A program made the translations under genes and the position numbers. The notes under the pieces were generated by a model, which ran no database searches, was not told where the DNA came from, and saw nothing but the letters and a program-made list of their open reading frames with translations. Source: Eledone cirrhosa (taxonomy: Eukaryota). From it: a stretch of 64,000 nt of DNA. Each line of letters starts with the position of its first letter. The stretch's first letter is position 1. Location of the stretch: assembly GCA_964016885.1 (NCBI GenBank), contig OZ024740.1, positions 47,864,001 through 47,928,000 of the forward strand, given 5' to 3'. This document shows, in pieces, positions 52,534-63,110 of the stretch.

Positions 52534-52706
52534 AATTGTTTCTACTATTGGTACAAGGCCAGAAATTACCCAGTACATTACTGGTACTTTATTTTATCGA
52601 CCCTGTAAGGATGAAAGGCAAAGTTAACCTCGGCGGGATTTGAACTCAGAATGGCAAGGGCCGTAACTCTATGCGTCAAAGCATGGCGTCCGACCCTCTA
52701 CCGATA
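52534..52706 (-). mobile_element. SINE S1
   Basis: Core, B-box and tail. Confidence 0.9.
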
Positions 52707-53499
52707 TAATGTTATGAAGCTTTATAAATTTATGCATAAAAATAGAAATAACTATATTTATAAAATATAGAATTTCCACGAATCTTGCAAATTGACATTA
52801 AAAATTGAAGAGAATTGTTGTTGATTAGTTCCAGATCTGCCCTGATTGAGTAAACCTATGATCAAAGGTTTATAACAAATTACTGGTGTGTATGAATATA
52901 ACAAGAGACGTGGTTTGTGTGTATAATATTTAATCAACAATTTGTGGTTATATAGAACAGTATAGTTGACATGTCAATGAAAGAATGAAGCAAAATTATT
53001 AGTTACCGTTTGGTTGCCACGCGAACGCGCCTGGCCGAAGACGCCTGGCCGAAGGACAGGAGCCGAAAAGGCAAATGAGAGGGAGAAAGCTGAAAGTTAT
53101 TCCCTTTATAGATGCTGGAATGGAAGTGACAAAAAAGGCTCTGTCACCCCAACGGGAAGCAACTCCAGCTACTTCCTGTCTAGAGAGCGTTACTCTATTG
53201 GTGATGTGCTCGTCACAACAAGGGAGTCAACTCCTGCTACAGGTTCCTTACCGCAATCTTTTCGTCATTTTGTTTATGTACTAGGAACTCCATTGTCCAA
53301 CGTGTCATTCTTTATTAAGACTGTAGAGGGGAATTTGACTGCTATTTACAGACAGACGGTCAAGAGATTAGCTATATATAGTTTTTGAAAAGCAAAAAAA
53401 TCCCCGTTGCCATGGAAACAACAGGAGTTGAACAGGATTCGGAAAGAGAATTTAATTAATAGTTGATATATCAGATGAAAGAATGGTATTTAACTAATG

Positions 53500-54420
53500 T
53501 ACGCGATCCCACAGCCCCGGCGGACAGAATGCGGAAAGCGTTTCCCCGGAGGACGACAAAGGAGACGCGCTGGAAAATCCACTCCAACTCGCGGGGGTCA
53601 CACCTGCGGCTGTTCAGCTCAGCGCCTATGGTGGTGAGTAAGGAGGTAGCCCTGGGGCCGAGGACACCAGAAGTCTCCACTGCCAGGGGAACGACCGCAA
53701 ACCTGTCGGAGAGCGACCGGTATTTGAGGATTTTGGCCCCCTCAGCCCGACGTGCAGCAGAACCTGGGTCAGTTGCAGACTGCACCAGGCTGCAGCTGCA
53801 GAAAGTGTCGGTGCAAGTGGCATCCCAGACGAGGAGTTTGCCACCGCGGAACGGGAAGATTGTCATGCCATCTGACCTTTTGCCGTCCCCTCGATCCAGC
53901 CCCACCGGCTCGAGCTGGTAAGGGAAGCCTGCAGCGTCCAAGCCATGCTTAATTACCTCGTTGAGGGCAGCATGGCGTGGAATGCAGCGGCACTGTGGCG
54001 ACAGGAAAGCGGGTGGAGGCCGAAAGAGTCCACGGTGGAACCGCAGCGACATTGGTGTGGCTAGCAGATCCGGAGGCCGAGCCTCAGGGAAACGCCAATT
54101 CGCAGGCTGTGGTTGTCTAGTTGCGTGCCAGTGGAGAAGGAGGGCAGGGGATGGAGCCAGGCACCACTGTGGGGTTTGGAGGCCGCACGAAAACAAGCAA
54201 TCGGTGCTGGTTGAGCTGGCGCGTGAGCCTGTGTGAGGCCAGGCTGCACTGGATGGCATCCCAAGTGCGTTGGGGGGGGGGGGGAATTGACGTCAACAGG
54301 GGGAGAAGGAGGAGGGTCGTCTACTGGGCTAAGTCCCAGCCGGTCCCACGTCTCACAGGCGGCCTCACGTTCTCTGAACACAGAGGGTTCTGTTGTGTTT
54401 TGAAGAATCCTGCTGACGAG
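53500..54420 (-). mobile_element. CRE-clade LINE 3' fragment (restriction-like endonuclease)
   Basis: RHAALNEVI, EPVGL..GDGKRSDG, VWDATC, KILKY, PLAVETSG, VLRGNA. Confidence 0.88.
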
Positions 54421-54789
54421 GACGCGGCACGAAGTTACCGACGATTATACCGTGAAAAGAAACAATCTTGGTGACTACAGTGAGGTGGAAATGGTTTTTT
54501 ATAAAACAGCACCATCTTTTAGCGTGTGTGACGATTAAGCTGAAATTCTACATTTTTTTTTTAGCATTTCATTTTGTGTTCATTTAGATTTCTTACACTT
54601 ATATTTATAATACACTTTACCATTCTATTATTCATCAAACATACGGTAATTTTTAAATCGTATAATTTTTAAAATGTTCACAAGCATTACTGGATTAACC
54701 TAGTAGCAAGAGTAGCATTTTCTGAGCATTTTCAGAGGATCCGCACTAAGTGCTTTATATTAAATTATATTACTACCTTTATCTTTCCG

Positions 54790-55830
54790 CCGGCCATCTG
54801 CTCCACCATCAGGTCCAGGCTCCAGCAGCTCACGACCCTCACTAGCAGACTGGACCAGCTCTCTGCTTAGCCATGCCGAAGCTCCTTTACACATTTCGTA
54901 GGGCTCCTTACAACAGCCATACATCTCTCCTCATTGACCTCAATACTTGTATCCAAGTGGCAGATGGGGAGATATGCAACGTCAGAAATGGTGGCCTCGG
55001 TCTCCGGTCTCTGATATCGCTGGTTTTGCTGGCGTTTCTTTCGTCGGTAACCTCCTGCCATGTCCTTATCAACAGGGTTCTCCACAACACAATGGAACCC
55101 ACTGTGATCGAAGAACGCAAGGCCGCCTGCGAGACTTGGAAATGGCTCGGACTCCGCCCAATAAATGTCCCTCCTCCACTTCCCTTTGTAGACGTCAAAT
55201 TCTTCCTGAGCATATGGGATGCCATTCAGTGCCGCATGGCTCCCGACAGGCTAGTGCGCCATCTCGACCAGAACTACCTTGCATGTTTTCGCTCGGTTTC
55301 GCAACTACACAGCGGTGTATGACTCAATGCCTTACCCTCCTTTTCGACTGGCACACATGGATAACGATAGTCAGATGGATAACGAGGTCATAAAACATGG
55401 CTTGGGTGCTGTAGGCTTTCCCTCCCAGCTCTGGATGACGGGGCTGGAGCGAGGGGACGGCATAACCATTTTCCCATTCTGCGGTGGTAAACCTCTCATC
55501 TAGGATGCCACATGTAGCGACACTTTCTTCAGTGGCAACTTGGTGCAGTCTGCAGCACTTCGGGCCGAGGAAGGCAAACTCTCCAAGTATCGGTCGCTTT
55601 CCGACAGGTTTGCGGTCGAGCCCGTAGCAATAGAGACTTCTGGTGTCCTTGGTCTAGGATCACTTCCCTACTCACCACCATCGGCATGGAGTTGGCTACT
55701 CGCAGGTGTGAGCCTCTCGAGCTGGAATGGCGCTTCCAACCCGTCTCCCTCCCCATCCTCCGGGGAAATGATTATGTCTTCTCTATTCTGTTCGCCGGAG
55801 CCGCGGGGCGGCCCGCGTGTGGGCCCCTAT
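54790..55830 (+). mobile_element. CRE-clade LINE 3' fragment
   Basis: PKLLYTFR, VRNGGLGLR, DNEVIKHGL, KLSKYRSL, VAIETSG, LRGN. Confidence 0.85.
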
Positions 55831-56238
55831 TTGCTCATAATAGTGAAACATGGGGAGAGCGAGAGAGACGAAAGCAGTGAGTGAAATTATTTTATTACAT
55901 CTTGTTTGGTGTATGTCTTTAACCGTTATGTTAGTTGTTTTTTAATTTAAGGACTCCTTACATTACATGTTTCCGGCCTCATACGAACCTAATCCGGCAC
56001 TGTTCACAAGAGTGAACTCCTTATATATTCGATTATGTAACGACCTTTACGTAATCCTCTTTTTAATATTGTTTATGAGCAGTGAACGGTATGTCAATAT
56101 GTCATCCCTATGATTCCAACAGGAGTTACCGGACCATACATTTATCTACAAGCCTTCTGTCATCATTTTATGTAAGAAGATTTAGGTTCCAAACACCAAC
56201 ATAATAATGAGAAAATTAGTTATTTCCTCCAAATTCTT

Positions 56239-56678
56239 ATGGATTGGCAGTATCGGTAGAGGACACCATGCTTTGCAGCATAGAGTTACGGCCCTTTCCG
56301 GTCTGAGTTCAAATCCCGCCAAGGTTAACTTTGCCTTTCATCCTTACGCGGTCAATAAAATAAAATACCAGAAACATTCTGGGGTCGCTTTAATCGACTT
56401 TTTCCTCCACCCAAATTGTTGGCTTTGTGCCTAAATCAGAAGCCGTTATTATCTGCGAGACAAGGGCGGTGGATTGACAGTATCAGTAAAGGGTCGGACA
56501 CCATACTGTGCAGCATAGAGTTACGGCCCTTTACGATCTGAGTTCAAATCCCGCTGAGGTTAACTTTGTCTTTCATCCTTACGGGGTCGATAAAATAAAG
56601 TACCAGTCACGCACTGGGTCGATTTAATCAACTTCCTCCTCCCCCCCAAATTGTTGACCTTGTGCCTATAAGAAACCA
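56239..56678 (+). mobile_element. Two tandem S1-type SINEs
   Basis: Second copy (56463-56678) flanked by TSD TTATTATCTGCGAGACA at 56446-56462 and 56679-56695. Confidence 0.9.
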
Positions 56679-57139
56679 TTATTATCTGCGAGACATAAAT
56701 GGTCTGAAATTTTATGGATATTTATAAAGTGTTTTAGTAAGATTTTTTTTTATTATTTGTTATTCTGCATTTCGTATAAACATCATTTTCTTACAAAAAA
56801 AAAAAAAAAAATGTGTGAAACGCAACAAGGCGCGGGTAACTCGGCTAGTATATTATTAAAATCAAAATGTATAACGTGTGGTTATTTTTTGTTAACTTAT
56901 ATAATCTTGTCTTGGATATTAGATTTAGAATAAGTTGTTTTTTGTTTTGCTATTCAGGATGTTTGTTAATTTCAAGACCTTTGAGTAAAAAAAAAAATAA
57001 AGAAAACGTGGGATGTAATCTGTTGACGATAAACACGGCTAAATATGACAAATCTATGGAACATATTTGGAACATTCTAGTGAGGATGTTCAAAATAATA
57101 CACATTTCTGTACAAATACATTTTGATTTTAATAATATT

Positions 57140-57640
57140 CTAGCCGAGTTACCTGCTGCTGCGTTTCACACATTTTTTTTTTTTTTTTTTGTAAGAAAAT
57201 GATGATTGATTTTAAATCAGTGATATAATTTATGGAGAAAAACCCTACATTTCAATATTACTCAATGTAAAATGTAATGCATGAAAAATTGGAAAACATT
57301 ATTTTTTGTAATATATCAAATCAAAATTACATTATTAAACCTTATTCTTATTTTGTTTCTTGTAAATAATTTGTTTCAAAATATCAATTCAAAACTTTTA
57401 TGAATAGGCATCATATCTTGTCATTTACCTATGGTTTAAATTTCATATAAATCGAAGGGGTTTTCATCGGTGGTTTGTGCCCCCGGGGAACCCTTTGATT
57501 AAAATGAAATATACTTATCCAAGTATCCTGGGAAATGTAGTTTCAGAATATATATGGTTATGGGGGTCTATCTCCAAAACCACAGGAGGAGTTCGTGAAT
57601 AAACAAACAAACAGACAGACAGGAACTTTATATATATAGA
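57140..57640 (-). mobile_element. Non-autonomous Helitron
   Basis: 5' TCTATATATATAAAG with (TCTG)n at 57640; CTAG at 57140; inverted copy of the 3' end at 56780-56872. Confidence 0.75.
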
Positions 57641-57647
57641 TTTACCA

Positions 57648-57869
57648 AGGGTGGTGGATTGGCAGAATCGGTAAAGCGTTGGATACTATGCTTCGCGGCT
57701 TAGAGTTACGGCCTTTTACGTTCTGAGTTCAAACCCTGCAAAAGGTTAGCTTTGCCTTTCATCCTTTCGGGGTCGATAGATAAAGCACCAGTAATGCACT
57801 GGGTCGAATTTTCCTTAATCGACTTTTCCCTCCCCTTCAAATTGCTGGCCTTGTGCCTATAATAGAAAC
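57648..57869 (+). mobile_element. SINE S1, full length
   Basis: A-box TGGCAGAATCGGTAA, B-box GAGTTCAAACC, core, tail. Confidence 0.9.
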
Positions 57870-58262
57870 AATAATATATTTACCAGCCACAGAAACTCAC
57901 GAGTAGATCCACAATATATAATCTTAAAATGATAAAGATAAACCTCTGTCCACATAAGGTGGTATTCTATCTCAGATAATATCTCCCAGAGTGTCTGGAA
58001 GGTCTCACCCCCCTCCAACCCAGTTGTAATTTTACTTCATTTACGTCACAAACGTTCTTAAGAATGACATAAATATTACACTATCTCGTTTCCCTACCAC
58101 ATGAATCTAAAGTTTTCTCTAAGAAATCAATATAACAGTAAACTTTTCAGCTAAAAAGGCAATATCATAACACAATTCTGACTTATTCTCTACATCGAAT
58201 TATAAATACTATAATTTCAATAATCCAACAGAATGCCAAGTTAGTAACTATACTATTTATTT

Positions 58263-58565
58263 AGGGCAGCGGAGTGACAGAATCGTTAGAGTGTCGGACA
58301 AAAATGCTTTGCAGCGATTAGTTATGGCCCATTACATCTACTTTGCCTTTCATCATTTTAGGGCCGATAAAAAAAAAGTACCAGCCCAGGGTTGGCGCAG
58401 CCTTCTCTCCTTCCAGCTGTCATATCCTGGATGTTCCGTTAGATTAAGGGAGGGAATGTTGAGCAAGTGTCCATGTCTGCTCATGATTGCATTAGCACCT
58501 AAAATCCTCAGCAAAAGCACGGTACATAGTACCAAACGATCCTCAATTGTGAGTGATGGCTGTGA
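58263..58565 (+). mobile_element. SINE head and core with a different 3' part
   Basis: AGGGCAGCGGAGTGACAGAATCGTTAGA...CTTTGCCTTTCATC, then sequence unrelated to the S1 tail, ending at (CA)n. Confidence 0.6.
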
Positions 58566-58649
58566 TTACACACACACACACACATACACACACACACATA
58601 CACATACACGCACGCACACACACACACATATATATATATAATGTGTGTG

Positions 58650-58761
58650 TATCCCGGGTTCAATCGGGGGTAACCACAGCAAGGTACTCAATATATAGCA
58701 GAGTATAAATTTCATGATGATTTCCTTTGAATAAAACAGTTCTTGTCCTGTAGAAGCCATT

Positions 58762-58762
<1 letters not shown>
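58650..58762 (+). mobile_element. Family H2 copy with decayed hammerhead core
   Basis: Matches 10903-11035; flanked by (TA)n. Confidence 0.75.
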
Positions 58763-58792
<30 letters not shown>

Positions 58793-58852
58793 GTGAGGTT
58801 TTTTTTACAAAATGAAAAATAACCGAGGTGTCCTACACGAGTGAAAGTATAA

Positions 58853-59964
58853 AGAAAAAAAGATGAAATCGAAAATGCAACTGGAGTCTTATTTTTTTTA
58901 AAATATATATATTTATTTGGTTCCTTTACCGGTTTCGCAGTTCTTCTGCTTTTCAAAAGTAGAGTTGAGATGGAGGGTCTGTGGTTTTTCTCACATCTGG
59001 TTGGTCTCTGAATGTTACTTGTTTTATATGGAAAAAGTGGCTCGAAATGCCAGGTTTTTCGAGAAGTAATTTGATTGGTTGTCAATAATTATAATAAATT
59101 TCGCGCCAGTTCGCGTTACAAAGTTCTTCAAACAAGGGGGGGGGGGGGTCACAGGTTGTTTTTTCATATATGAGTGTTTGAATTTCTTTTTACTTTAAAA
59201 AGGGGGGCTCACGAAGGCTTTTTTTTAATATACTCCCACACACACACACATAACACCCATATACACACACACACAACTCCCTCCCCCATTTCTACTAATA
59301 GAATCATCTTCCAATACACACACACACAAGCACACAAATAAACATACATATCTTTACTTTCTTTATTCAATAGAAAATCTGAATTCTGACACCCCAGCGA
59401 ACTAACCATATTCACTGAACCAGAACAATTCTCCCACCCCATTTCTCTTGACCATTATCTTTTACTTATCATAAAATTCTCTAAAAAGGCTACAGAATGG
59501 ATTTCTAAATAAGGGCGCGAAAATTTAATGAAAACTTGTTCACGTGACAGCCATAATTTCATTTATAACCAATCAAATTACGTTTATTTAAAAAAAGCCT
59601 TCGTGAGCCCCCCTTTTTAAAGTAAAAAGAAATTCAAACACTCATATATGAAAAAACAACATGTGAGCCCCCCCCCCCCCCTTGTTTGAAGAACTTTGTA
59701 ACGCGAACTGGCGCGAAATTTATTATAATTATTGACAACCAATCAAATTACTTCTCGAAAAACCTGGCATTTCGAGCCACTTTTTCCATATAAAACAAGT
59801 AACATTCAGAGACCAACCAGATGTGAGAAAAACCACAGACCCTCCATCTCAACTCTACTTTTGAAAAGCAGAAGAACTGCGAAACCGGTAAAGGAACCAA
59901 ATAAATATATATATTTTTAAAAAAATAAGACTCCAGTTGCATTTTCGATTTCATCTTTTTTTCT
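58853..59964. repeat. Near-perfect inverted repeat, ~375-bp arms
   Basis: 58853-59227 versus 59590-59964; ORFs 58786-59085 (-) and 59732-59920 (+) give identical peptide over their shared length. Confidence 0.95.
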
Positions 59965-60179
59965 ATATATATATAAGTATGTACACGTACATACATATAT
60001 GTATACAGACGTACAGTAGTATGTATATATATATACATACATGCACACATATATATATGTACGTATGGATTCACCGAACATTTATTATAATGCTCGGTGT
60101 GTTTGCAAACAAATATCCCGTATTAAGCCGTAGTGTCTAGCAACCATCGTTGCTCGTTTGTTCAACACTGACAAAGGAA

Positions 60180-60220
60180 CGCTGTACTAGTTTCAAGCTT
60201 ATTAGCTATCGTCAGCAACG
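60180..60220 (-). ncRNA. Minimal type I hammerhead ribozyme
   Basis: CGUUG CUGACGA U AGCU-AAUA-AGCU U GAAACUAGUA CAGCG. Confidence 0.85.
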
Positions 60221-60600
60221 TATACCTTCCTGCCAGATTGTTGAACGTATATACTTACCTTATGCATATTAACGGCTGAGTAGCCCAATTTGCATATCGA
60301 GTGGGTTAAACGGCCGGGTGCACCGAAAACGATAAACGGAAAAAAATGAAACGAAATTTCATTTCCCACTCTTAGTACGGCTGTTACTTAAATATAAGTA
60401 TGTACACGTACATACATATATGTATACAGGCGTACAGTAGTATGTGTATATATATACATACATGCACACATATATATATGTACGTATGGATTCACCGAAC
60501 ATTTATTATAATGCTCGGTGTGTTTGCAAACAAACATCCCGTATTAACCCGTAGTGTCTAGCAACCATCGTTGCTCGTTTGTTCAACACTGACAAAGGAA

Positions 60601-60641
60601 CGCTGTACTAGTTTCAAGCTTATTAGCTATCGTCAGCAACG
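60601..60641 (-). ncRNA. Minimal type I hammerhead ribozyme
   Basis: Identical to 60180-60220. Confidence 0.85.
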
Positions 60642-61129
60642 TATACCTTCCTGCCAGATTGTTGAACGTATATACTTACCTTATGCATATTAACGGCTGA
60701 GTAGCCCAATTTGCATATCGAGTGGGTTAAACGGCCGGGTGCACGGAAAAGGATAAACGGAAAAAATGAAACGAAATTTCATTTCCCACTCTTAGTACGG
60801 CTGTTACTTAAATATAAGTATGTACACGTACATACATATATGTATACAGGCGTACAGTAGTATGTATATATATATACATACATGCACACATATATATATG
60901 TACGTATGGATTCACCGAACATTTATTATAATGCTCGGTGTGTTTGTAAACAAACATCCCGTATTAAGCCGTAGTGTCTAGCAACCATCGTTGCTCGTTT
61001 GTTCAATACTGACAAAGGAACGCTGTACTAGTTTCAAGCTTATTAGCTATCGATATGCAAATTGGGCTACTCAGCCGTTAATATGCATAAGGTAAGTATA
61101 TACGTTCAACAATCTGGCAGGAAGGTATA

Positions 61130-61170
61130 CGTTGCTGACGATAGCTAATAAGCTTGAAACTAGTACAGCG
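61130..61170 (+). ncRNA. Minimal type I hammerhead ribozyme (inverted copy)
   Basis: CGTTG CTGACGA TAGCTAATAAGCTT GAAACTAGTA CAGCG on the plus strand. Confidence 0.85.
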
Positions 61171-61364
61171 TTCCTTTGTCAGTGTTGAACAAACGAGCAA
61201 TATTTATATATTGTAAAACTTTATTCTTTAATTTATTCATTGAACCTTGTTTAATCTTTATATATATATATATATATATAGTGTAGGTGATTCAGTGAAT
61301 TACTGGTGGTGGTATCAAAGGAAGCACTCTATTCACAAGCAGAGTGAATATATATTTTAAAAAA

Positions 61365-61598
61365 ACGATGAAGTTTGGTTTACATGTATTAGATTTTTTA
61401 TTGTGTATCGACCTGTTCCGCGCGTTTCGCAGAGGATTGGCTCAAGGTCACCCATAGGAATTATGGACCCGACTCCATTATCGATCTGCTCTTCTGGAGT
61501 CGGGTCCATAACTCCTATGGGTGACTCTGAGTAAATCTTCTGCAAAACGCGCGTAACAGGTCGATACACAATAAAAATCGCAATGTAAATGAAACTAC

Positions 61599-61605
<7 letters not shown>
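61365..61605. repeat. Imperfect fold-back hairpin, ~110-bp arms
   Basis: TTTATTGTGTATCGACCTGTT...GGACCCGACTCCA versus TGGAGTCGGGTCC...AACAGGTCGATACACAATAAA. Confidence 0.92.
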
Positions 61606-61674
<69 letters not shown>

Positions 61675-61675
<1 letters not shown>

Positions 61676-61900
61676 AAAAAGTAAATAGAAATAACAACAG
61701 AATCGGTACAGTATATGGAAGGGATATATTAGGTTAACGCTTGATATAGCAGGAAGAGGGTCTTAACGTTTCGGACACTAGTCCTTCATCAGAAGAAAGA
61801 ATGAGAAATAAGATAGATTGAGGGGACGGGCGGGATGGAATTGGAAAAAAATGTCTTTAGATAAAAATAACAGGTCCATTCATGTTGACATCTCTTGCAC
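61675..61900 (-). mobile_element. Family H3 copy with hammerhead at 61761-61796
   Basis: UCUU CUGAUGA A GGAC-UAGU-GUCC GAAACGUU AAGA. Confidence 0.82.
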
Positions 61901-62214
61901 AGCTGTTGGTGCTGGCGTTTTGTGTATGATTTATTTTTTTAGAAAAGTGGATGATGGCGCGCCTCTACCTGAAATGGAAAAAAAAAAACCGTTTTGTAAA
62001 AAGAGCTATACTTGTGCACGTGCGTAAGCATGTGTGTGTGTGTGTATGTGTTATTATACGTCCGTACGAAGCTAAGAAGAAATGTGTGTGTATATGTGAA
62101 TAAAAGAGTGTGTGTGTATATATATATATGGTGTGTCTACGCTGCTAAGCCTGGAAAGACCACTAATCAAAGTAGTACTCGACGCATAATGGGATGCAGA
62201 GATGGTGTATTTAG

Positions 62215-62303
62215 GAAGAAAATATTCCTGACGTCACACAGACGCTCGTCTGTGTGACGTCACGAGCCGAAACCGCAGGAGCTCGCGGTCGAATATTTTC
62301 TTC
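62215..62303. other. Nested palindrome with two TGACGTCA motifs
   Basis: TGACGTCACACAGACG-CT-CGTCTGTGTGACGTCA (62229-62262) inside GAAGAAAATATTC / GAATATTTTCTTC. Confidence 0.75.
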
Positions 62304-62897
62304 ATATATATAAAAAGTAAAGTCAGAGGGAGAGAGGGGAGAGAGAGGGATGTAGAGGTGGGAGCAGAAGGAGAGAGGGGGATATAGAGGTGGGGGGAGA
62401 AGTGGGAGGAGAAGGAAAGAGAGGGGAGAGAGAGAGGGACAGAGAGGTGGGGGAGAAGGAGAGAGAGAGAGATGCACCAAATGATGTATATGATATATTA
62501 ATCATTAACAGCAATTATATGCCCCTCTGACTGCGTTATCTGAAAACAAATTCCTGACTCAACATTTACTATCTTCATCAATTGATAAAGTTATAACGTC
62601 ACATGCTGATAAGTCAGACTGGATGTATCAAGAACTGAAATAGTTTGAACACAGCGGTTTATCTAGTCGGTACTAGTTTGTAAAAGTTCCGGTACTAAAT
62701 CAGCTGTATAATTGACTTGCTATGCTTGGCTTTAAGTTCGTATCGTGTCTTATAAACAGACATGAATGGCAATAAGGATACAAAACAAAAAAAAGAGAGA
62801 GAAGATAGACAATAAAGAAGAAAAAAAAGAATTTAAGCAACGAAAGGGAAAATGGGGCGGAGTGAGAGTCTATACACCCCATTCTGAGCTGTACGTT

Positions 62898-63110
62898 TCA
62901 GCTGCGCACCGCAGGTAAAATGGTGAAGCCATTACCTCGAAGAGTGGCCAGCGATACTCGTTGCAACAGCCACCCCACTTCATGGAGCCTCTTTTTCAGG
63001 TGGACTGCATTCCTCCAGACTTTACGGGTGAAAATAGTAGTTCGGGGACAGAGGACACATGAGGTCTTGATGGCGGCAAGTGCGAAAAGGTAGCAATTGG
63101 TCAAGTCATG
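62898..63110 (-). mobile_element. CRE-clade LINE 3' remnant
   Basis: FALAAIKTSCVLCP...LQRVSLATLRGNG. Confidence 0.7.

Larger units (their letters stand above)
59966..61200 (-). mobile_element. Family H1 tandem array (420-421-bp period, ~2.6 units) with terminal inversion
   Basis: Hammerhead starts at 60180, 60601 and 61021 (truncated); 61050-61200 inverted. Confidence 0.92.

Noticed and set aside
55950-56020. Additional hammerhead (GAAACATGTA with CCGG stem, minus strand)
   Set aside because: No CUGANGA upstream; at most a decayed remnant
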